This document shows, one piece after another, positions 28,846 to 36,967 of a stretch of DNA of 37,123 bases. The DNA comes from an uncultured Lachnospiraceae bacterium. GTDB lineage: Bacteria > Bacillota > Clostridia > Lachnospirales > Anaerotignaceae. The notes under the pieces were generated by a model. That model saw nothing but the letters and a program-made list of their open reading frames with translations, was not told the origin of the DNA and made no database searches. Location: NCBI GenBank assembly GCA_944384285.1, contig CALWSX010000164.1, positions 1 through 37,123 on the forward strand. The letters are read 5' to 3'. Position 1 is the stretch's first letter, and every line of letters begins with the position of its first letter. The translations under genes and the position numbers were made by a program.

Positions 28846-30537
28846 TTACATTTGTTCAGGAGAATCAATTCCGAGTAATGAAAGTCCTGAAGATAAAATT
28901 GATTTAACCGCAAGAACAAGTGCCATTCTTGAATTTTTAACATTGTCTTCACTTGTTAAAATTGGGTTATCATGATAAAACTTATTAAATGCCTGTGAAA
29001 GGTTAACAAGATAACGGCTAATTACAGATGGTTCAAATTTTTGTGCCGCATCTTCAATTTTATTAGGATATTCTTCAATAAGTTTTAAAACTTCTACAGA
29101 TGCAGAGTCTGTAAGGTGTTCATATTCTATATCATAATTTAAATCTTCGTATTTTCTTAATAAGCTGCAAGCTCTTGCATGAGTATATTGTACATAAGGT
29201 CCTGTTTCACCTTCAAAATTAAGCATTTTTTCCCATGAGAAAAGAACGTCTTTAATTCTTGTGTTGTAAAGGTCATTAAATATAACAGCACCAATACCTA
29301 CCTGTTTTGCAACAAGTTCTTTGTTAGGAAGATCAGGATTTTTAGATTCTATAATTTTTTTAGTTTCATTTATTGCCTGGTTTAATAAGTCTTCCATAAG
29401 AACAACGTTTCCGCTTCTTGTAGAAAGTTTACCATTTTCAAGTGAAACAAGTCCAAAAGGAACGTGTACTAAATCTTTAGCCCAATCATTTCCCATTTTT
29501 TCAATAACTTTAAACCATTGTTTAAAGTGTAAATTCTGGTCGAGAGCAGTAACATAAATTGCTTTGTCAAAGTTATAAGTATTTTTTCTGTAAATTGCGG
29601 CTGTAATATCACGTGTTGCATATAATGTACCGCCATCTTTACGAAGAATAAGGCAAGGAGGCATATCTTCATCTGAGAGGTCAACAATCATAGCCCCTTC
29701 GCTTTCCTGTAAAAGATTTTTTTCTTTTAATTCTTCAATAATAGCGTCCATTTTGTCATTGTAAAAACTTTCGCCTGTATAAGCGTCAAATTTAACACCA
29801 AGCATATCATATACTCTGTCAAATTCTTTAATGCTTATATCATAAAACCATTTCCAAAGACGGATAGCTTCTTCGTCATTTTCCTGCATTTTTACAAACC
29901 AACTTCTTGCCTCATCATCAAGAGATGGATTTTTCTTAGCTTCATCATGGAAAAGAACATAAATTCTCATAAGTTCAGTAATTCCGTTTTCAATTACGGC
30001 CTGTTCTGAGCCCCAGTTTTTGTATGCAACAATAAGTTTTCCAAACTGTGTTCCCCAGTCTCCCAAATGGTTAATACCGTAGCATTTGTATCCAAGCTTT
30101 GTGTAGATATTGTAAATAGCATTTCCAATAACTGTTGAACGTAAATGTCCTACATGGAAAGGTTTTGCAATATTAGGTGAAGAATAGTCAATTACAATAT
30201 TTTTTCCCTCACCAATATTAGACTCACCGTAAGCTTTTGGATCACATAAAACTTTGCTTAAAACACTTTGAGCGTAATAAGCTTTTTCTGTAAAGAAATT
30301 TAAATATGGTCCGGCACATTCAATGTGATTAATAAAAGCCGGTTTTGTTATTTTTTCAGAAAGTTCCTGTGCGATTTGTGCAGGAGCTTTTCTGAAAGCT
30401 TTTGCAAGTTTAAAGCAAGGAAAAGCATAGTCTCCCATATTAGGATTTGGTGGAATCTCTATAGCGGACATAATGTCAGCAGTATCAAGTCCGCTAACAT
30501 GTCCAATTATCTTTGCAATTTCAAATTTATAGTCCAT
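28846..30537 (-). CDS. argS: Arginine--tRNA ligase
   Basis: 563 aa. Class I HIGH-type motif (PNIAKPFHVGHLRST), an Arg-tRNA-synthetase N-domain and a DALR anticodon-binding C-terminus ending in M. Confidence 0.95.
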   Translation of the reverse strand: MDYKFEIAKIIGHVSGLDTADIMSAIEIPPNPNMGDYAFPCFKLAKAFRKAPAQIAQELSEKITKPAFINHIECAGPYLNFFTEKAYYAQSVLSKVLCDPKAYGESNIGEGKNIVIDYSSPNIAKPFHVGHLRSTVIGNAIYNIYTKLGYKCYGINHLGDWGTQFGKLIVAYKNWGSEQAVIENGITELMRIYVLFHDEAKKNPSLDDEARSWFVKMQENDEEAIRLWKWFYDISIKEFDRVYDMLGVKFDAYTGESFYNDKMDAIIEELKEKNLLQESEGAMIVDLSDEDMPPCLILRKDGGTLYATRDITAAIYRKNTYNFDKAIYVTALDQNLHFKQWFKVIEKMGNDWAKDLVHVPFGLVSLENGKLSTRSGNVVLMEDLLNQAINETKKIIESKNPDLPNKELVAKQVGIGAVIFNDLYNTRIKDVLFSWEKMLNFEGETGPYVQYTHARACSLLRKYEDLNYDIEYEHLTDSASVEVLKLIEEYPNKIEDAAQKFEPSVISRYLVNLSQAFNKFYHDNPILTSEDNVKNSRMALVLAVKSILSSGLSLLGIDSPEQM

Positions 30538-30669
30538 TTTGGATATTAAACCCCTTTCAAGTTGTGTAACATATTCAATATTAATAATTTATCACACTTA
30601 TATGTAAAAAGCAATAAATCACTCGAAATCTAAAGGGATTTTTCATAAATAATTTGTTTTTTATAAAAA

Positions 30670-30685
30670 TGTTTCACGTGAAACA
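30670..30685. promoter_or_regulatory. parS site 2
   Basis: Perfect TGTTTCACGTGAAACA, identical to site 1 including the flanking aA...Ta. It lies in the spoVAE-argS spacer. Confidence 0.9.
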
Positions 30686-30716
30686 TAATATTAATTAATA
30701 AAGAAAAGAGTTAATG

Positions 30717-30732
30717 TGTTTCACGTGAAACA
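30717..30732. promoter_or_regulatory. parS site 3
   Basis: Perfect TGTTTCACGTGAAACA, 47 bp from site 2. Confidence 0.9.
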
Positions 30733-30773
30733 TATATATTTTAGAACTATATTTTATATATACGTATAATATT

Positions 30774-31127
30774 TTATTTTTCTTTAGGTTCAAAAATTAT
30801 GGCACAAATAAAAGATGTAATTACAGCAACACTAAGCCCTCCGGCAGCGGCTCTAAGTCCACCTGTAACAATGCCAAAAGCACCTATTTTATCAACTTCT
30901 TCAATAACACCTTTTGCAAGATTATATCCAAAGCCTGTTAATGGTGTGGTTGCACCTGCGCCAAATAAATCAACAAGGTGTTTATAAATTCCCATACCTC
31001 CAAGGATACAGCCAATACAAACATAAAAAACAAGTATTCGCCCGGAAGAAAGTTTTGTTTTATCCAAAAGTATTTGAGCTATAAGACAAATAAATCCTCC
31101 AAATAGAAAAGCTTTTAAAAATTCCAA
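30774..31127 (-). CDS. spoVAE: Stage V sporulation protein AE (SpoVAEB-type, SpoVAC/SpoVAEB family)
   Basis: 117 aa with four TM segments. Family motif GAGATTPLTGFG, and it sits at the end of the spoVA operon. Confidence 0.85.
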   Translation of the reverse strand: MEFLKAFLFGGFICLIAQILLDKTKLSSGRILVFYVCIGCILGGMGIYKHLVDLFGAGATTPLTGFGYNLAKGVIEEVDKIGAFGIVTGGLRAAAGGLSVAVITSFICAIIFEPKEK

Positions 31128-31139
31128 AAAATCACCTCC

Positions 31140-32146
31140 CTATGAAGAAATGCTTACAGCATGGGCCACAGCCGGTATGGAAAGTCCCTGTGCGGAAGAC
31201 ACCGGACTTAGAAGTGCGCCTGTAGGAATAAATAACATTCTTTTAATTTCGCCGCTTTTTAATTTTGGATAAAAATAAGATGCAAAAGTTACCGCAGAAC
31301 AAGCACATCCGCTTCCACCCGACAAAGTTTCTTGTCTTTCTTTATCAAATATTATTATTCCACAATCAGTATAATTTTTTCTTAAGTCATATCCTTCTTT
31401 ATACATAAGCTCAACAACTATCTGTTTCCTATATAACCTAAATCCCCTGTTGCTATTACATCGTAATAATCTGGAGAACGTTTTGTATCTTGAAAATGCG
31501 AAATAAGAGTGCTTATAGCTGCCGGAGCCATTGCTGCACCCATGTTGTTTACGTCTTTTATACCTTTGTCCACTACTTTACCAATAGTAACATCTGTAAT
31601 ATATGGGTAATTTCCGGTGTTAGACAGTAAATAAAATCCACTTCCTGTAACTGTCCATGTTGAAGAAGGCGCTCTTTGAGTTCCAAGCTGAAGAGGAAAT
31701 CTAAATTGTTTTTCAGCTGTACAAAAATGACTTGTTGCTCCGGCAATAATGTTATCTGCAAAATTTCCGTCTATTATCATACTGCCTAATGACATACTTT
31801 CTCCTATAACTGAACATGCGCCAAATAACCCAAAATAAGGTATGTTATAGTCTTTTACGCCAAAAGTCGTGCTTGTAACTTGGTTCATAAGGTCGCCGGC
31901 AAGTAAAAAGTCTATATCTTTTTCTGTTTTGCCGGACTTTTGTAAAAGAATTTCTATACTTTTCTTAATAAATTCTGATTCTGCCTGTTCCCAGCTTTCC
32001 TGTCCGCACATAGAATCATTATAACAAAAATCAAATTTTCCCTTTAAGTTACCCTCGTTTTCCTTTTTTCCGACAACAGAGGAACACTCAACGATTTTTG
32101 GCGGATTTTCAAAAAAAACAGTTTGTTTTCCAAGTCTTTTACTCAT
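31140..32146 (-). pseudogene. spoVAD: Stage V sporulation protein AD, interrupted by a 1-nt frameshift
   Basis: Two adjacent ORFs (31418-32146, 242 aa; 31140-31406, 88 aa) together align end to end with about 338-aa SpoVAD. The upstream ORF ends ...TGDLGYIGNR*. Shifting the frame by 1 nt across 31407-31420 reads (I/L/V)VVELMYKEGYDL...NYTDCGIIIF...GGSGCACSA, which is colinear with the B. subtilis SpoVAD sequence as I recall it. Confidence 0.8.
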
Positions 32147-32592
32147 ACGTTTACACTCCCGCCTCCAAAGAAATAATATATTATACCGACAAGAACCGAT
32201 GTCAGAGTTCCATACACAACAACAGGCCCTGCCAAAGTAAACATTTTTGCACCAAGGCCAAAAATAAGCCCTTCTTTTTTAAATTCAATAGATGTAGATA
32301 CCATAGAATTTGCAAAACCTGTAATAGGCACAAATGTACCTGCGCCACAAAAATAACCTATTTTTGAAAAAAGCCCAAGCCCTGTTAAAATACCTGTAAT
32401 TACAATTAATACAGAGTTGGCTAATAATGCGGATTGATCTATAGTATATCCTTTTGAAATAAAAATTCCATTTATAAATTGAGATATAACGCATATAAAA
32501 CCTCCGGAAACAAAGGCCTTTATACAATTTTTTACAGTAGGACTGTTTGGTGTTATTTTATCAACATAACTGCTGTATTTTTTATCGTCCAT
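32143..32592 (-). CDS. spoVAC: Stage V sporulation protein AC
   Basis: 149 aa with four TM segments, the motif FCGAGTFVPITGFANS and an N-terminal YVDKITP. Its stop overlaps the spoVAD start (ATGA). Confidence 0.9.
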   Translation of the reverse strand: MDDKKYSSYVDKITPNSPTVKNCIKAFVSGGFICVISQFINGIFISKGYTIDQSALLANSVLIVITGILTGLGLFSKIGYFCGAGTFVPITGFANSMVSTSIEFKKEGLIFGLGAKMFTLAGPVVVYGTLTSVLVGIIYYFFGGGSVNV

Positions 32593-32606
32593 ACAAACCT
32601 CCTTTT

Positions 32607-33029
32607 TTAACTTAATCTAAATACATAGAAATATATTATTGAACCTGTAAGTTTTCCTAATGCAAGCATTATTACAAATATTTTTATCCCTATTCTAAGA
32701 TTGAAGCGTTTCATCATTATAGGCATAACGTCAAAAACTTCAGCAAGGCACATTGATAAAACACCTATAAAAATGCCTGATAATAAAGAAAATAATGCGG
32801 CAAAAAAATTTCCAATAGGAAAATAATAATTAAAAAGAATTGTTGTGCCGCCAAGGAGTGTTCCAAGCATTAGAGCATTTTCATAAGTTCTTACATATTT
32901 TTTTGTTTTTGTTTTTTTTGCCATACATGGAACTACTTTAATAATACTGAAAAATGCAGAAATACCTGTACCAACAACCATTCCAAACCCATAACCAATA
33001 ATTATTGAAATGATAATTTTTATAAGCAT
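32607..33029 (-). CDS. spoVAB: Stage V sporulation protein AB
   Basis: 140 aa with four TM segments. It is colinear with B. subtilis SpoVAB as I recall it (..AYE.A..LG...GG.., LTEVL.V.PI..KR). Confidence 0.8.
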   Translation of the reverse strand: MLIKIIISIIIGYGFGMVVGTGISAFFSIIKVVPCMAKKTKTKKYVRTYENALMLGTLLGGTTILFNYYFPIGNFFAALFSLLSGIFIGVLSMCLAEVFDVMPIMMKRFNLRIGIKIFVIMLALGKLTGSIIYFYVFRLS

Positions 33030-33048
33030 ATTTTATTGTTGATGCCTC

Positions 33049-33681
33049 CTAGTTTTCTTTGTTTTCCAATGTTTCCTTAATATTTGTAAGCATTTCGTTA
33101 TTGTATGATGTAAGCTGTATTTCTATAGGAGATGGGTCTTTTGTTAAATCAAAACTAAGAAAATGACCAAAAAATCCAATAACACCGCTTAAAAGTCCTA
33201 TTGAATAAGGAATTATAATTACAGGTGGATTTTTTAAATTTTGACCAAAAATAATATAATAAAAGTTTTCAAGCACACTTTTTACATCAGAGTCATTATG
33301 AAAACACATAATTGTTGTCATAGCACCTATAAAAAGTACTGCCGAAATAAATGTAACTTTTAAAATATTAAATAAACTGTATTTATGGCTTTCTTTTTTT
33401 CTGTAAAAAATTATTGTGGTGTCTTCACCAATATTAATTATTTCTGCATTTTCATATTTTTTTAAAATTGTTTTAATGACTTCGACAGAAGAAATAATAT
33501 AGCTTTTTTCTTCATCAGATGTAAGATTCGTAACAATAGTATTTTCAATAGAATTTGCAATACTTTCATTGTTTACAACTATTTCTGCGATATCTTTTAT
33601 ATAGATTGTTTTTTTAGCAATAATTTTTGCTTTTTTTTTCATATTAACGTATATACGCACTTTATTTTCCTCCAAGTACAT
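33049..33681 (-). CDS. spoVAA: Stage V sporulation protein AA
   Basis: The maximal ORF is 210 aa and similar to B. subtilis SpoVAA (FHNDSDVKSV..., IPYSIGLLSG, PSPIEIQL). A GTG at 33660, 8 nt after a GGAGG, is an equally or more likely start. That start lies 1 nt past the stop of the upstream micro-ORF. Confidence 0.8.
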   Translation of the reverse strand: MYLEENKVRIYVNMKKKAKIIAKKTIYIKDIAEIVVNNESIANSIENTIVTNLTSDEEKSYIISSVEVIKTILKKYENAEIINIGEDTTIIFYRKKESHKYSLFNILKVTFISAVLFIGAMTTIMCFHNDSDVKSVLENFYYIIFGQNLKNPPVIIIPYSIGLLSGVIGFFGHFLSFDLTKDPSPIEIQLTSYNNEMLTNIKETLENKEN

Positions 33682-33817
33682 CTATTCCGGTTTCGATATA
33701 AGGTGTTAAAAGTCCTTTTTGTAAATCGGTTCCTGGATATTGCGTATATAAAAATAAAAATCCAACGAATATTAATAGTATCATACCCATATAAATCAAA
33801 AGCGCTTTATCAGTCAT
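33662..33817 (-). CDS. Small single-TM protein (51 aa), not in the ORF track; candidate first gene of the spoVA operon
   Basis: The ATG at 33817 is preceded by GGGAGG with about 8-nt spacing. Translation: MTDKALLIYMGMILLIFVGFLFLYTQYPGTDLQKGLLTPYIETGIDVLGGK. Its last codons contain the GGAGG that serves the spoVAA GTG start. Confidence 0.5.
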   Translation of the reverse strand: MTDKALLIYMGMILLIFVGFLFLYTQYPGTDLQKGLLTPYIETGIDVLGGK

Positions 33818-33908
33818 GAAACAAGCCTCCCTTTTTTAAATTTAATGTCTTACAAGAAATATTTTTCCCGTTATGCCAAATATTATTAACAAATTTAAAA
33901 AAGAGCAT

Positions 33909-33938
33909 AAAAAAAAACGGAGAATAAAAATTCTCCGT
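33909..33938 (-). terminator. Rho-independent terminator after the DUF1292 gene
   Basis: On the minus strand: ACGGAGAAT-tttt-ATTCTCCGT followed by T9. Confidence 0.8.
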
Positions 33939-33958
33939 AATTTTTCTTAAATTAAGAA

Positions 33959-34297
33959 TTATTCCTGTTCTTCTTCTTCGTCATCACCGAAGTAGTCATA
34001 AAAAGCGTCAGATACATCATTGAATTCTTCGTCATTTTCAATGTTTAAAAGTTCAAAATCATCGCCTTTTTCAACATACTGGTATAAGAAAACAGTTTCA
34101 TCTTCAATAGGTAAAAGAGCGATATATTCTTTACCTTCATATCCGTCTACATCAAATATACCAACGATTTCGCATTCTAACTCTGTATCATCATCAAGTG
34201 TTAATACCATAGTTTCCATTTCTTGTTCGCATGTGCAGTTGTTATTTTCACATCCGCAATCATGATCATGGTCATGTCCGCATCCACAATTACTCAT
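33959..34297 (-). CDS. DUF1292-family protein with an N-terminal Cys/His-rich extension
   Basis: 112 aa. Acidic DUF1292-like core (LTLDDDTELECEIVGIFDVDGYEGKEYIALLPIEDE...FLYQY) preceded by MSNCGCGHDHDHDCGCENNNCTC. Strong GGAGG RBS 7-8 nt before the ATG at 34297. Confidence 0.8.
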   Translation of the reverse strand: MSNCGCGHDHDHDCGCENNNCTCEQEMETMVLTLDDDTELECEIVGIFDVDGYEGKEYIALLPIEDETVFLYQYVEKGDDFELLNIENDEEFNDVSDAFYDYFGDDEEEEQE

Positions 34298-34341
34298 AGT
34301 TTTTTCCTCCGTTTAAAAATTATTATTACTAACACCTATAT

Positions 34342-34350
34342 AGTATACCA
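34342..34350 (-). promoter_or_regulatory. Candidate extended -10 element for the DUF1292 gene
   Basis: The minus strand reads TGgTATACT about 45 nt upstream of the ATG. No good -35 element is present. Confidence 0.35.
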
Positions 34351-34373
34351 AAATTTGAAATTATACAATTACT

Positions 34374-35597
34374 TTATTTCTTTTTTGCAATTTTTTCTCC
34401 AATATTTTTCGACATTTTAACATTTTTAATAGGTTTTTTAATTTTTGGCTTTTCATTAATATCTGATAAATGTCCAAAAGCCATTTTTTTCTCTTCAAAT
34501 TTAATATTAAAAGCCTTTTCGTATTTGTTTATCCATTTTTTTTCATAAGCGGTTATAAGAGAAATAACAATTCCGTCTTTATTTTGGCGTCCCGCACGAC
34601 CGGCTCTGTGAAGATAAAACACAGGGTCTTCCGGAAGGTCAAGATTAATTATGTGTGTTACATCTTTAATATCAAGTCCTCTTGCGCCCAAATCGCCTGA
34701 AACAAGTATGGATATATCACCGAATTTGAAGTTTTGGAGAGAGTTTTTTCTCTGGTTGTCTGCGGCGATACCGTATAAACCTGCTGCTTTAAAACCACTG
34801 TATTTAAGTTTATCTACAGTTACATCTATTTTCATAGGGTTGTTTAAAAAAACAATGGTTTTTTTAGGTTTTTCTGCATGGAGAATTTTTTTAAGAACAT
34901 CAATTTTTTCTCTCCATTCACATTTAATATAATAGTGCTTAATGCTTTCCGGAATTTTATTGTTTTCAAAAACGGATAAAAATTCACAGTCTTTTAATAA
35001 ATCGCTTATATTTTTACAGCTTTCTTCATCTACAGAAGCAGAAAAAAGTACAATTTGACGTTCTTTAAGTGTACATTTTATGACATCTCTTATTGCCTCA
35101 AAATTTAAATCATCTGTAAGTCTGTCTGCTTCATCAAGTACAATAGTTTTAACATGGTGAACCGAAAGTTTTTTCTTTTTAATAAGGTCAAGAATTCTTC
35201 CGGCTGACCCAATTATAATATGAGGCTTGTTTTTCTTTATGTTTTCAACCTGGCGGTCAAAGTTTGCGCCGCCTATAAAAAGTCCGGCTCTAACCTCCAT
35301 ACCGCTGTTTTTTATTAATAATTCCGCCTGTTTAAAAACCTGAGAAGAAAGCTCGTGAGTAGGTGTAATTATAATTGTTTGAGCGGCTCTTAAAGAGGTG
35401 TCTGTAAGAGAAAATACAGGCAAAAGATAAGCCAAAGTTTTTCCGCTTCCCGTTTCGGATTTTACACAAAGGTCTTTCTTTTCTATAAATTTAGAGTAAG
35501 TCATTTCCTGAACTTTTGTAGGAACGGTAATATTTTGTTTTTTTAAGGCTGATATAAGTTCGCCACAAACGCCCATATCACTAAAAGATTTTACCAT
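34374..35597 (-). CDS. DEAD-box ATP-dependent RNA helicase
   Basis: 407 aa with the Q motif (PTKVQ), motif I SETGSGKT, Ia PTHELS, II DEAD (VLDEADRL), III SAS and VI HRAGRAGR. Lys-rich C-terminal tail. Confidence 0.92.
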   Translation of the reverse strand: MVKSFSDMGVCGELISALKKQNITVPTKVQEMTYSKFIEKKDLCVKSETGSGKTLAYLLPVFSLTDTSLRAAQTIIITPTHELSSQVFKQAELLIKNSGMEVRAGLFIGGANFDRQVENIKKNKPHIIIGSAGRILDLIKKKKLSVHHVKTIVLDEADRLTDDLNFEAIRDVIKCTLKERQIVLFSASVDEESCKNISDLLKDCEFLSVFENNKIPESIKHYYIKCEWREKIDVLKKILHAEKPKKTIVFLNNPMKIDVTVDKLKYSGFKAAGLYGIAADNQRKNSLQNFKFGDISILVSGDLGARGLDIKDVTHIINLDLPEDPVFYLHRAGRAGRQNKDGIVISLITAYEKKWINKYEKAFNIKFEEKKMAFGHLSDINEKPKIKKPIKNVKMSKNIGEKIAKKK

Positions 35598-35623
35598 TTT
35601 GCGTTTCCTTTCAAAAATACAAT

Positions 35624-36730
35624 TTAAGAGTTAACTTTAAATATTTTAATTACGTCGTTATCGTAAACAATTTTGCTTCTAAAATCTTTTTCAAGAACAC
35701 GGTCAAAGTTATTAAACATTTCACAAGGAACGTATTCTATCTCTGCAACAAGGAGAGGTTCTCCAAATTCAAGTATATTTTTTCCGTTAATAAGAAGGTT
35801 TCCAGCTTTGTCATCAGTTACAGTATATCCAATAAGTTCACAAACTTCTCTTAAAGGAAGATAACATTCTTCATATCCAAAATCATCGACATTAAATCTT
35901 GGCATATTTCTGAATTCTTTAGGTTCGCCGTTAAATTTCATTAAAGTATCTGAATTCATTTGAGTCAAAAGAGTATAATATTCATCTTTTAAATAAGGTT
36001 TTAATTCGGAAGGTGGAATGTTAAATTCTACAGTTCCGGCAACATAAGGTGCGAGTTCATATTCGGAGAAATAAATAACTAATTCACCTTTGTTGTTGAT
36101 ATAAAACTTTTTATCATAATTTGTTTGCCAAACAGTTTTTTGTGCGTCCGGGAAGTATTTGTCTTTGTCAGCTATAATCTTGTCACAAATAATTTTGTCC
36201 AAAACATCTTTATGATTTACATCATCTTTAAAAAAGTCAGAAACAGATAATAAAGAATCATTTCCGTTCATTACATTATATGTAAAAATAGATGTTGAAC
36301 CATGAGCTCCCCCTAAAAATTCATAAACTGTATATTTTACAGATAAAAAATTATCACACATTGAATAATCAAAATATGTATCAAGGTACATTTGTGAAAT
36401 AACATTATCTTCCGTATATTTTTCATAAATTTCCTTTATGTTGTTAAGACGCTCATCATTAATCTTTTTAATTTCTGTTGTAATGTCTTCTGCTTTGCTT
36501 CCTCCCGTTATGTAGGGATAATAAAGAGCTACATCATAAAGGTCATTTTCAAAAAATGCACCTTCTGTAGTAATGGTATAAGCTAGTTTAGGTTCATTGT
36601 CTTTAGGACTTGATGTGTTTTCGTTAACTGAATTAGAATTTTCATTTTTTGAAGTTTCAGCCGATTGTTTTGCGGAACATCCCGTAAAAACAATCATTAA
36701 AGAAAAAATAAAAATAATTATTTTTTTCAT
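35624..36730 (-). CDS. Putative lipoprotein; DUF3298/DUF4163-like region plus a C-terminal copper-amine-oxidase-N-terminal-like (stalk) domain
   Basis: 368 aa. Signal peptide with lipobox FTGC and a GGGAGG RBS. The domain calls come from remembered sequence patterns only. Confidence 0.6.
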   Translation of the reverse strand: MKKIIIFIFSLMIVFTGCSAKQSAETSKNENSNSVNENTSSPKDNEPKLAYTITTEGAFFENDLYDVALYYPYITGGSKAEDITTEIKKINDERLNNIKEIYEKYTEDNVISQMYLDTYFDYSMCDNFLSVKYTVYEFLGGAHGSTSIFTYNVMNGNDSLLSVSDFFKDDVNHKDVLDKIICDKIIADKDKYFPDAQKTVWQTNYDKKFYINNKGELVIYFSEYELAPYVAGTVEFNIPPSELKPYLKDEYYTLLTQMNSDTLMKFNGEPKEFRNMPRFNVDDFGYEECYLPLREVCELIGYTVTDDKAGNLLINGKNILEFGEPLLVAEIEYVPCEMFNNFDRVLEKDFRSKIVYDNDVIKIFKVNS

Positions 36731-36895
36731 AATGTTCCTCCCATCTTTTATTAAATTTTATATAAACCCTAAAATATAATTTTTGTAACTAATTAATAAC
36801 AAATTTAAAATTTATGTAACATAAATATATTACCATTGATGATGTTTTTTTTCCATACAAAACCTATAAAAGAGTCTTAATTTTTTCTTTAAATC

Positions 36896-36924
36896 TTGTT
36901 TTAAAAGCCAATAATGGGTATAAT
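36896..36924 (+). promoter_or_regulatory. Candidate sigma-A promoter for recX
   Basis: TTGTTT (36896-36901), 17-nt spacer, TATAAT (36919-36924). Confidence 0.5.
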
Positions 36925-36967
36925 TAAATAAATTTTAAAAAATTTTATTGGGAAAAAAGGTAATATT

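Noticed and set aside
30538-30773. I looked for a T-box riboswitch leader upstream of argS, which is common for aminoacyl-tRNA synthetase genes in Firmicutes.
   Set aside because: The 236-nt spacer contains no T-box sequence (the reverse complement of AATTAGGGTGGTACCGCG-like is absent) and no specifier or antiterminator architecture. The spacer is AT-rich and dominated by the two parS palindromes.
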